In this document: positions 1-8,662 of the stretch, piece by piece | Numbering within the stretch: the stretch's first letter is position 1 | How the letters are laid out: every line of letters begins with the position of its first letter | Assembly (NCBI GenBank): GCA_963735035.1 | Contig: CAVTJJ010000001.1 | Coordinates: forward strand, 1 to 16,019 | From: an uncultured candidate division Zixibacteria bacterium | GTDB taxonomy: Bacteria; Zixibacteria; MSB-5A5; GN15; FEB-12 | Reading direction: 5' to 3' | DNA: 16,019 nucleotides | The notes under the pieces: model-generated | Database searches by the model: none | What the model was told of the DNA's origin: nothing | What the model saw: only the letters and a program-made list of their open reading frames with translations | Translations under genes and position numbers: made by a program

Positions 1-1080
1 CTTGGTCGTATATATGAGAATCCTCGTCAGACCGGAGTCGCTTCGGTAGATCATGTCCACATCTTCTCCGTGCAGCACCGGGATGACCTCACCTTCCACC
101 ACCAGTGAAGCGACACCAAGCGAGTCAACGGTGTCGAAGTACACATTTCCAGACTGCGAGTACCAGTACACATGTGTCGGGTAATTTGCCGGAGTAATCT
201 GCTGACCTGGCTGAAGGCCTCCAACTATAACGCCAAAGAGATACTGATAGTCCTCAACCGTCAGAGGTACTTTGTCCCCATTGACATCAGAGGCCTGAGT
301 GGATCCCTCGACGTGTTCGCCGAAAACCGCCGTTCCGTCGATAAAATAGTACCTGAACATGACAGCGTCGGCGATTTCGTAGGAGATGCCGTTCAGATTG
401 ATGTCGCCCACGGTTTCGACGGGATCAACGCAAATGAAGCCAACCACGCCGTTGAAGTAATCAACACGACGAAGCGTCTTGTTGGGAAGTGGCGGGTTGT
501 CATGAACACACTCGTTCTGCGCACCACGATAGGTTGGGAACGGATCTTGTCCCGAAGACAGCGCGTAAACACCGTCAACATAGTCATATACCGACGATGA
601 CAGATACATTTCACTGCCATTGAAATTCGCCAGGGTGTTGTCACTGCAATCCGTCCAGAAGAAGCGGAGCGGCGCCCGCCAGCAATCATATCTCTCGTCA
701 TTCACAGTCAGGAACCTGAGAGTAGTAAGCGTTACGGGAACTGACGACACCCACCCTGGATTATTCGCGGCGCAGGCGACATTGGGATGGACGTCACCGT
801 TAACAGTCTCAGCAAGGCCGATAACGCGAACCCGCCCGGTGGGACAGGTCAGCTGGCAACCCGTGTCGACAGCGAAACGATAGGTGAAATACTCCCAGGC
901 GCAGGAGTCATAGAGGGCTCCTTCAGCGGCCAACTGGAATGTCAGCATTGATACGTCAAACCCTATCTGAAAATCAAAACCGCCCAGACCCTGAGCCTGG
1001 TCGAACTTATTCAGAGTGACCGGCACATCAACGATGTTGCCCCGGGCCAACGCTTCAACCGCCCCAATACGCACCGAGTA
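1..1080 (-). repeat. Protein-level repeat unit 3 (truncated by window edge)
   Basis: Begins YSVRIG at 1080. WEYFTY at ~897, 1198 nt from unit 2. Dockerin-like GDINLNGISYEIADAVMF...SDVNGDKVPLTVEDYQYL from 408 down. Confidence 0.8.
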
Positions 1081-4000
1081 AGGAACCGTGGGAGCATCGC
1101 TCCCGGTGATTTCCAGCTTGGTCGTCACCGCCCTACCTTCGCGTGTGGATGCCTGGATTTCGACTATCCCGGTGGCGCCGAGGATCTTCTCAATTGGTCC
1201 CGACACAATTGCAGTGGTGCCATCATTCGAGAAGATCACTATTCTCGTCAAGTTGCTGTCTATAACAGAAACCGTCTCTTCGCCTGACAGAGCCATGGGT
1301 GTGATTCCACCCTCCACAATCATGTAGACTGCACCAAGCGTATCTGTCGTCGATACACTCACGACGCCGGTGACGGTATCCCAGGTGAACACAGGCCTCG
1401 TTGGGCGACGGTAGCAGCGGCGCAGGAAGAGCATCGCCTCGCTAATTCGGTAGAAGATAGACAATATCAGCAATTGTATTTTGTCCGTCCATGTTGATAT
1501 CGGCGCACTGGAGGGTATCGGTTGTGCCAGGACCAGAGTATACATTAAGTAGGTAGTTGGTCGCAAAACGCAGCATCGGCGATTTCGTAGGGGATGCCGT
1601 TTTGTTTATGTCCCGCCGACAGTCAATTGTGTCACGCCCATTCAACTCCAGAGCACCATTATAGAAATCGACCCAACGCGTGGAACTTCGGCCCGGACAC
1701 GAATTGTCAAAGACACATTCCGGCTGGGCTCCCCGATAAGTCGGAAAAGACCCTTCCTGCGAGATCACTGGTCCGTAATAGTCATACACGAGCGAAGACA
1801 CATACGTCTGGCTGCCATCGAAATTGGAAAGCGCGTTGTCCCCGCAACCGGTCCAGAAAAAGCGAATCGGCACCCACTGACCGGCTAATTCGACGTCACT
1901 GCTGACCAAGAATCGGAGATTCGCCAGCGTCACCGGAACCGACGACACCCAGCCGCGACCGTTCAAGGCACAGGACGGATTGGGATGATAATCACCGTTG
2001 TTGGTCTCAGCCAGACCGACGATGCGGATCATGCCACTCGGACAGGTGGGTCCACAACTCGTGTCCGGGTTGAACCGGTAGGTGAAATACTCCCAGGCGC
2101 AGGAATCGTAGAGATCGCCTTCGGATGCCAATTGAAACGCCAGGGCCGAAGCGTCGTAACCAAGAAGCAGGTTGAACCCCGCCAGACCCTGAGTCTTATC
2201 GAACCTTTCCAAAGTAATCGGCAGGTCGACATAGTCACCCTGCACGACTGAGTCCTTGATGCCGATTCGCACTTCGTACGGAACTTTCTGGGAACCGGGT
2301 ATGTCAATTTTCGTCGTAACCGCCCGGGCGTCATAGGTTGCCGTCTCAATTGAGACGATTCCTGTAGCGCCGGAGATCGATAGTAAATCGCCGGATACTA
2401 TCTTCGCTCCTTCCAGCGACCAGATCAGAATTCTCGTAACGACATTGTCGGTCTGGCATTTCATTTCCATTTGGGAAGCATGAAGACTCGGGACTACGTT
2501 GCCGCTGACTACGAGGTACACGGCGCCCAACGTATCAAGTGTTGACAAATCTACGACGCCGCTTCCAACATTCCAGGTAAAGGTCGCCACATTCGGCGAT
2601 GGTGTAAGCTGGCTGTATGGCTGAGCGTCACCCACGATGACGTCGATCAGAAAGACCAGGTCGGCAATCGTCAAGGTCTTGCCGTCTCTGGTCACGTCTG
2701 AAGCGGCAATCGATCCATCCACGTGTCCTTCAAAAGCAAGTAGACCTGAGACGAAGTAGTTGCTGAACATGACAGCATCGGCGACTTCGTAGGCAATGCC
2801 ATTTATATTGATATCGCCGGGTTCGTCAGGATCATATGGGCAAATAATCTGAACCCCGCCGTTGTACAAGTCTACTGCCCGAAGAGCGTATTTGTTTGTC
2901 GACGCGTTAGTGATACACACACTCGTCCTGCGAGCCGTTGAAGGTCGGGAAGTCGCACTATCGGTCAGTCGCTGTATTCCCAAAGTCAAACACGTCATTC
3001 GAGAGATACAACTCGCTGCCATTCAAGTTTGCATAGTGACGTTGTCACCACAGTCGTACCAGAAGAAACGCATCGGCACAAACTGACACTCCAAAGTGCG
3101 GTCGTTGCTTACCAGGAATCGCAGATTGGCCAGGGTGACCGGTACCGATGATTCACATATCCGAGATTGTTCATGATTACATCCCGGATGATACGGGCCC
3201 GTTGTTGGTCTCGGCCATTCCGATGACACGTAGCTGACCGCTCGGACGACTAGAGTCGCTGGCGCCACGCGGGCCAAAACGGTAGGTGAAATATTCCCAG
3301 GCGCATTGAGTGTATAGATCACCCTCGGCGGCCAATTGAAACGCGAGCGCTGAGGCGTCATAGGCAATCATGAAATCGAAGCCGGCCAGACCCTTGGTAG
3401 AGTCGTACTTTTCGAGCGTAATCGGCACGTCGCAGTACTGCCCCTGGAATTGATCATTCAAATATCCCAGGCGAACGATGTACGTCGGCAGCAGGGGCGC
3501 GACCTCGGCAAAGATCCTACACTCACGGGTAATTGAATCCGAAGTAAGGGCAACGGAAATGACAAAACGAATATTAGCGTCCGCAGAATCGGGTCTGAAC
3601 ACCACGGATTTCCCAACGGAATCATAGGCGAAGAATCCTGAGGGTGTGGGGCTCACGAAGACCGAATCGATCCTTGCTTCATCACAAACATCCGGATCGA
3701 AGGGCGTGAGCGGCGCAACCAGGCTGTCACCAACCGTCAAGGCGAAATGACGGTAGCATCCCTCTTCAAGCATCGGGGACTGGTCTTCAACGCGTACGCT
3801 AAATCGGCAGTTCTCATCTGAAGTAGTGGTATCATTCCCTTTGTAGGCGGCAATCTCCACGGAATCGTAATAGCGCGGAGGCAGGTCTTCCTTCTCAGGA
3901 TGAAAGCTCCACAGTCCCGTCTTTTGATTAATTGTCCCCGGACCGGAAACCAGGATGTATTTCATCTCCGGACATTGTTTACCGGTCGACAAGTCGATCG

Positions 4001-4160
4001 CCACCACCTGGTAGAACATCGAATCGCAGTGAAAGCCCCGAACATATGGCGGGCAACCGGTGAAGAGTATTCCCGAAGTGCTGTCCTGGGCGGAGATATC
4101 CCCGGCCGACAGCCCCATAGCTAAGCAGCTAATTCCAACGAAAAGGCAGGTACGCCACAT
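1..4160 (-). CDS. Large secreted multidomain protein (scaffoldin-like): signal peptide, probable Ig-like domains, then >=3 repeats of cohesin-like + dockerin-like + beta-sandwich modules; 3' end outside window; apparent frameshifts at ~3200-2905 and ~1615-1390
   Basis: ATG at 4160 (MWRTCLFVGISCLAMGLSAGDISA, signal-peptide-like) preceded by CAGGGGT. ORFs 3177..4187, 3023..3367 and 1442..3022 join by homology to an unlisted open frame from ~1394 to the window edge (VFTWDTVTGVVSVSTTDTLGAVYMIVEGG...RILIYTTK). Motifs that recur three times: VPI/VTL..FD...GLxGFDF.I.YDAS.L.FQLAxEG.LY..CAWEYFTYRF and GDINxNGIxYEI/VADA. Confidence 0.8.
1081..2278 (-). repeat. Protein-level repeat unit 2 (~400 aa)
   Basis: Begins YEVRIG at 2278. 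WEYFTY at ~2095, 1204 nt from unit 1. Dockerin-like DIN.NGIPYEIADA (in a shifted frame)...ADINMDGQNTIADIVYL at ~1615-1450. Confidence 0.8.
2279..3482 (-). repeat. Protein-level repeat unit 1 (~400 aa)
   Basis: Begins YIVRLG at 3482. WEYFTY at ~3299. Dockerin-like GDININGIAYEVADAVMF...SDVTRDGKTLTIADLVFLI at ~2818-2630. Confidence 0.8.
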
Positions 4161-4361
4161 CGCAGACCCCTGTGTGAAGGTTGACACAATTTACTCGACC
4201 ATCCGATATCGTACGACACCGGATTATCAGAGCGCCTCTTTGAGAGCCTTTATCGCAGTGATCAATACTCGCCAGCAACCAATGGGTTACGCGGGTACAA
4301 TGAAGAATCGTCGAGCCAACCTCGGCAACCGGAGGCTTTTGCCCAGCGATCGCTACATCTT

Positions 4362-4389
4362 AATATATCACGCAAACCGGCTTTGTCAA
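4362..4389 (-). promoter_or_regulatory. Putative sigma70 promoter for the large secreted protein
   Basis: Minus strand has TTGACA (4389-4384), a 16-nt spacer ending in TGA (extended -10 TGn), then TATATT (4367-4362), ~200 nt upstream of the ATG at 4160. Confidence 0.55.
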
Positions 4390-4416
4390 TCCCCGATTGA
4401 GGATAGAGATAATCCC

Positions 4417-4445
4417 TTGGATACAAGCGAGTTAGTGTTTATTTT
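4417..4445 (+). promoter_or_regulatory. Weak candidate sigma70 promoter for the M64 peptidase
   Basis: TTGGAT-N17-TATTTT in an AT-rich stretch 65 nt upstream of the ATG at 4510. Confidence 0.25.
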
Positions 4446-4509
4446 GGACGGTCGTCAGGTCTCGCGGGAACTGTCCGATTATGTATATGTTACCCTGATT
4501 GGAGCAATG

Positions 4510-6345
4510 ATGTTCACCCGACTTCGCTGGCCTTCTTTCACAGTCGTTTTATTCCTCTCGATCATCACGGTCGGAACGGCGTTCGGCAGTACCAACTGGC
4601 AGTTGGTTTTTCGTTATGATGCCGGTTCGCTGCAGCTCCTGAAGGCCGACCCAATCAGAGCTACCGAAAAAACCGTACAGACGCCCGGACTCAACTCGGC
4701 TGCGATTCGCGTAGCCTATAATTGCGACTGGCTCGACGCCTCCGGCAAGGCGGTCTATGCTTCGTCCACCGAGCTGCCCCTCGGCGTTCTCGTCCCGATG
4801 AGGGATTCTCTCCCCTGTCGTTGGTATGTTCCCCAGACTGGAATTATAGTAGTCCGGCTAAGCGGGCCCGACCCCAAGGCAACTTTCGGAAACATTCGTC
4901 TGTCTCAGACCGGGGTGGTTAATCGAGCGCCCGCAGCGGTATCGCTCCCGGGCGCGTTTCAAACTCGGAACTGGAATTTCGATGCCACAAGCGCTATGGC
5001 TGTCGCCGCCCCTACCGTGGGTCCCGTTGGGGTACAGAAGATTCGCGATACCGGCCCGGACGCCAATCGGCTTGTGATCGTTGTCATGGGTGACGGTTAC
5101 ACGGCCACCGATTTGGGCACCGGAGCATTTACTACCGCAGCTGCGTCGCTCGGATCGGCCATTGAGGCCAAATCACCCTGGAATCTCCTGTTCGGGGCGA
5201 CCAATATGTACCGGGTGGACATCGAGAGCAACGAATCGGGAGCAGACAATGAAGTGGTCGGTGTCATGAAGGACACCTATCTGAACTCGTCGTTTTGGGT
5301 GAACGATATCGAGCGTCTGCTGGCGCTGACCGGCGACGGTTACTATAAGGCGATACTGGCGGCCGACGCTCAGGTGGGAGCAGGCGTCTGGGACATGATC
5401 TTAGTGCTGGTCAATTCCACCAAATACGGCGGCTCCGGTGGGGGCATTGCCGTATCATCGATAAACTCCGCTTCCTCGGAAGTCGTCATTCATGAGACCG
5501 GGCATACCATAGCCGATCTGGCCGATGAGTATGAGACGGCCTACCCCGGCTTTCCCCCGGGTGATGCCGAGCCCAATGTAGACTATGACTCCGCAGGTAC
5601 CGGTTTGAAATGGCTCACATGGGTGGACGCCGGCACTCCCCTGCCGACACCCGAAAGTTCGCCATATCTGACCACGGTCGGCGCTTTCGAAGGGGCTCGC
5701 TACCTCACGACCGGGATCTACCGCCCCTGGTACAATTGCGAAATGCGTTCGCTCAACCGTCCGTTTTGCCCGATTTGCCAGGAAGCCCACGTGATTAGCT
5801 TCACGAACCTGGTTTCGCTTACCGATGCGGTCACACCGGCGGTTGGAACCTACATCAGTGTCGGTGTCACGGGCGCGACATTCACCGCTACGCCTATTCC
5901 CGTAAGTGGTTTGCAGTACGAATGGCAGCTCGACGGCGTCCCAATCCCCGACTCTGTAAGCCCTAGTCTCAATATGACTCCTGACTTGATGACGGCCGCC
6001 ATCCAGACCCTTCGTCTGAATGTATCGCTGGTCACTCCGTTGGTACGGAAGACGACTATTTCGAGAAGTTATACCTGGCCGGTCCATAAGCAGATGCCTT
6101 CGTGCTGTATCGGCATTGTCGGCGACGCCAACAACAGCGGCGACTATGAACCGACGATTGGTGACATCTCGGCCCTCATCGAACACATCTTCATTTCTCA
6201 AATCCCTCTCGCATGCTACGAAGAGGCTGATATCAATCAATCGGGTGGCGCCAATCCGAGTACTGCCGACATCACGATCGGAGATATTTCTGCTTTGATC
6301 GACCACCTGTTTATCTCAGCTTTGCCCCTGCCCAACTGTTACTGA
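4510..6345 (+). CDS. Secreted M64-family (IgA peptidase-like) zinc metallopeptidase with C-terminal dockerin-like domain
   Basis: GGAG 5 nt before ATG 4510 and signal peptide MFTRLRWPSFTVVLFLSIITVGTAFG. M64 motifs: IVVMGDGYT, KYGGSG, HETGH..ADLADEY (5491 onward), FEGARY..GIYRP..NCEMRSL..PFCPIC. C-terminal duplicated motif GDANNSG..PTIGDISALIEHIF / ADINQSG..ITIGDISALIDHLF (6103-6342). Confidence 0.9.
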   Translation: MFTRLRWPSFTVVLFLSIITVGTAFGSTNWQLVFRYDAGSLQLLKADPIRATEKTVQTPGLNSAAIRVAYNCDWLDASGKAVYASSTELPLGVLVPMRDSLPCRWYVPQTGIIVVRLSGPDPKATFGNIRLSQTGVVNRAPAAVSLPGAFQTRNWNFDATSAMAVAAPTVGPVGVQKIRDTGPDANRLVIVVMGDGYTATDLGTGAFTTAAASLGSAIEAKSPWNLLFGATNMYRVDIESNESGADNEVVGVMKDTYLNSSFWVNDIERLLALTGDGYYKAILAADAQVGAGVWDMILVLVNSTKYGGSGGGIAVSSINSASSEVVIHETGHTIADLADEYETAYPGFPPGDAEPNVDYDSAGTGLKWLTWVDAGTPLPTPESSPYLTTVGAFEGARYLTTGIYRPWYNCEMRSLNRPFCPICQEAHVISFTNLVSLTDAVTPAVGTYISVGVTGATFTATPIPVSGLQYEWQLDGVPIPDSVSPSLNMTPDLMTAAIQTLRLNVSLVTPLVRKTTISRSYTWPVHKQMPSCCIGIVGDANNSGDYEPTIGDISALIEHIFISQIPLACYEEADINQSGGANPSTADITIGDISALIDHLFISALPLPNCY

Positions 6346-6370
6346 TTCGGCCTGCTCCTTTCTCCGACGC

Positions 6371-6399
6371 TTGACAAATCGGTCGTTCCGGGCAACATT
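6371..6399 (+). promoter_or_regulatory. Putative sigma70 promoter of the methyltransferase operon
   Basis: TTGACA (6371-6376)-N17-AACATT (6394-6399). RBS AAAGGAG at 6457-6463 precedes GTG 6471. Confidence 0.45.
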
Positions 6400-6470
6400 G
6401 GTGAGGTCCGGCGCCGCACTCGGCTATTGCGCCGGTCCTGTCATTCTGTCCCGGCGAAAGGAGCCGTCCC

Positions 6471-7928
6471 GTGAGACCGAGAGTCCAATTTCTCACCGAA
6501 GAACTCAGGAATCGGATCATATCAGAGGCCCGCGAACTGATCTGTCGGCTCGGCGTGGAGATCCACAACGACGGTGTGGTATCATTGTTGCACAGCCACG
6601 GCGCCAGAGTCGACCAGAACAGTAAGCGAGTATTCTACACCGAAGAGATTATTGACCGGAGCCTCAACGCGGCGCGCCACGGGTTTGCGCTCTACGATTC
6701 TATGGGACAACCAGCGGTCGATCTTTCCGGAGACAATGTCAACTACACGCCCGGTTCGGCCGCGATAAATCTACTCGACAGCGTTACCGACCTCCAGCGC
6801 CGCCCCACGACTTCTGACTATGTCGCCTATGCTCGCCTCATGACGGGGATGAAATATGTCGCGTCGCAATCGACCGCCATGATCCCGTGCGACGTCCATG
6901 AGCGGATATCGGACAGCTACCGGCTGTATGTCAGCCTGATGTATTGTGAGAAGCCGGTAGTAACGGGCACGTTTACGGTCGAGGCGTTCGAGATCATGAA
7001 GGATCTCCAGGTTATCGTGCGCGGATCGGAAAAGTCTCTGGCCGAGAAACCGCTGACGGTATTCTCCTGCTGTCCGACCTCACCGCTGAAATGGAGTGAT
7101 GTTACCTCGCAAAACCTCGTCGACTGTGCGAAATATGGCATCCCGGTCGAGTACATTGCCATGCCGCTCTCCGGATTCATGGCGCCCGTGACACTGGTAG
7201 GCACGCTCGTGCAGCATACCGCCGAGACTTTGAGCGGTCTGGCGATCAGCCAGTTGACCCGCCCGGGCACACCGGTACTTTGGGGCGGCTCGCCGGCCGT
7301 GTTCGATCTTCGCTACGAGACTACCCCCATGGGGGCGATCGAGACGATGATGATCGACTGTGCGTACAGTGAAATCGGTAAGCATCTCGGACTTCCAACT
7401 CAGGCGTATATCGCCCTTTCCGATGCCAAACTGCTCGACGCCCAGGCCGGACTCGAAACGTCGATGGGCGCTACGCTGGCGGCACTGGCCGGCATCAACA
7501 ACATTTCCGGACCGGGTATGCTCGATTTTGAGAGCTGTTTCAGTCTCGAAAAGTTGGTACTGGATAATGAAATCTGCGGCATGACCGCCCGGATGCTACA
7601 GGGCATCGAACCGCGCGAGGATTTCCCTTCCCTGCCTCGTTTCGAAGAACTTCTCCGCGAACAACACCTGCTGATTTCCGACCACACGCGAAAGTACCTT
7701 CATCAGGAGATCCTCTTCCCCGGGCCGGCGATCGACCGTGCCAATCGTTCGCGCTGGCAGGAAGAAGGCAGCCGGACGTTGAAGCAGCGCGCTACCGACA
7801 TTGTCAACAAACTGGTCGCTGAAGCCCGCCCGGTGCAACTGCCAGAGCAAGTGAAGAGAGAGCTTACCGCACGCATGAGCGCCGAAGCCCGAAAGTACGG
7901 TATGGAAAGATTGCCGAGCCTGTCGTGA
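6471..7928 (+). CDS. Trimethylamine methyltransferase (MttB) superfamily protein, non-pyrrolysine (MtgB-like amine:corrinoid methyltransferase)
   Basis: 485 aa with strong RBS. Family motifs: PTSPLKW, MPLSGFMAPVTLVGTLVQHTAETLSG, QLTRPGTPVLWG, SDAKLLDAQAGLE, GMLDFESCFSLEKLVLDNEI. No in-frame amber codon. Confidence 0.92.
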   Translation: MRPRVQFLTEELRNRIISEARELICRLGVEIHNDGVVSLLHSHGARVDQNSKRVFYTEEIIDRSLNAARHGFALYDSMGQPAVDLSGDNVNYTPGSAAINLLDSVTDLQRRPTTSDYVAYARLMTGMKYVASQSTAMIPCDVHERISDSYRLYVSLMYCEKPVVTGTFTVEAFEIMKDLQVIVRGSEKSLAEKPLTVFSCCPTSPLKWSDVTSQNLVDCAKYGIPVEYIAMPLSGFMAPVTLVGTLVQHTAETLSGLAISQLTRPGTPVLWGGSPAVFDLRYETTPMGAIETMMIDCAYSEIGKHLGLPTQAYIALSDAKLLDAQAGLETSMGATLAALAGINNISGPGMLDFESCFSLEKLVLDNEICGMTARMLQGIEPREDFPSLPRFEELLREQHLLISDHTRKYLHQEILFPGPAIDRANRSRWQEEGSRTLKQRATDIVNKLVAEARPVQLPEQVKRELTARMSAEARKYGMERLPSLS

Positions 7929-8647
7929 TAACCCATGAGATCGACATAAGCGTCGAGCAGGTGACCCCGACGGTAGAGGCCATCCTGGAAGCTCAGGGGA
8001 TGCCGGCTCATGCCCATACCGAACGGAATACCCGTTTGGCTGCACAGGCCGTAGAGGAGTTTTGCCGTCTGGCCCATCCGGAGGCAACTACCTGCGAGAT
8101 CACGCGTTCGAACTTTCAGAGTGTCTATGAGGGCGAAGGACACAATGCCGTTCCGGGCGTAATTGATCAAATACTTCCGGAAGCCGAACATTTGACTTTG
8201 TTCGCCTGCACCCTGGGACAACTAATCAGCGATGAGATTGCCGACCGGTTCGAAAGAAATGATTTCGCAGCGGCGACTATGCTCGACGCGGCGGCATCGG
8301 CTGGGGCTGATCAGGTAGCCGATTTGGTCGAGCGCTTCTGGGCGGAACAACTGAAAGCGACGGGTCATCTCGACGGCGACAAGGACATACTGCGGTTCAG
8401 CCCCGGTTACTGCGGCTGGCACATTTCGGGACAGAAGAAACTGTTCGACTTCCTGCAGCCGGAACGGATAGGTATCAGATTGAACGAGTCATATCTGATG
8501 CATCCGCTGAAATCGATCAGCGGCGTCCTGATTGTCGCGCCGTGGCAGGCATTCGACATTGACGACACATTTCCATTCTGCGCCGATTGCAAGACCCGTT
8601 CATGTCGCGATCGGTTCGCTGAGATTAGCAAAAGACATTCGCACTAA
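7925..8647 (+). CDS. Stand-alone vitamin B12-dependent methionine synthase activation (reactivation) domain protein
   Basis: Motifs LFACTLG, MLDAAASAGAD, RFSPGYCGW, IGIRLNESYLMHPLKSISG, and C-terminal CADCKTRSC. GTGA start/stop overlap with the upstream gene. Confidence 0.85.
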   Translation: MITHEIDISVEQVTPTVEAILEAQGMPAHAHTERNTRLAAQAVEEFCRLAHPEATTCEITRSNFQSVYEGEGHNAVPGVIDQILPEAEHLTLFACTLGQLISDEIADRFERNDFAAATMLDAAASAGADQVADLVERFWAEQLKATGHLDGDKDILRFSPGYCGWHISGQKKLFDFLQPERIGIRLNESYLMHPLKSISGVLIVAPWQAFDIDDTFPFCADCKTRSCRDRFAEISKRHSH

Positions 8648-8662
8648 TATAGGATCAGATGT

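Noticed and set aside
172..1327. Short ORFs listed in the first 1.3 kb
   Set aside because: They lie antisense or out of frame to the open minus-strand frame that encodes repeat unit 3.
1390..3200. Programmed frameshifting, phase variation or DGR-type diversification in the scaffold gene
   Set aside because: There are no long homopolymer or SSR tracts or slippery sites, no reverse transcriptase, and no near-identical TR/VR pair with A-specific differences. The pattern fits sequencing error.
1..3482. CRISPR array or DNA-level tandem repeat
   Set aside because: The repeats are ~1.2-kb diverged coding units with no short identical repeats and spacers.
4060..4509. 150-aa N-terminal extension of the 761-aa ORF
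   Set aside because: It overlaps the divergent gene start and promoter region. The RBS and signal peptide point to ATG 4510 (or 4507).
6471..7928. Pyrrolysine or selenocysteine recoding
   Set aside because: The ORF is full length with no internal TAG or TGA, the equivalent codon is Leu, and no pyl genes are in the window.
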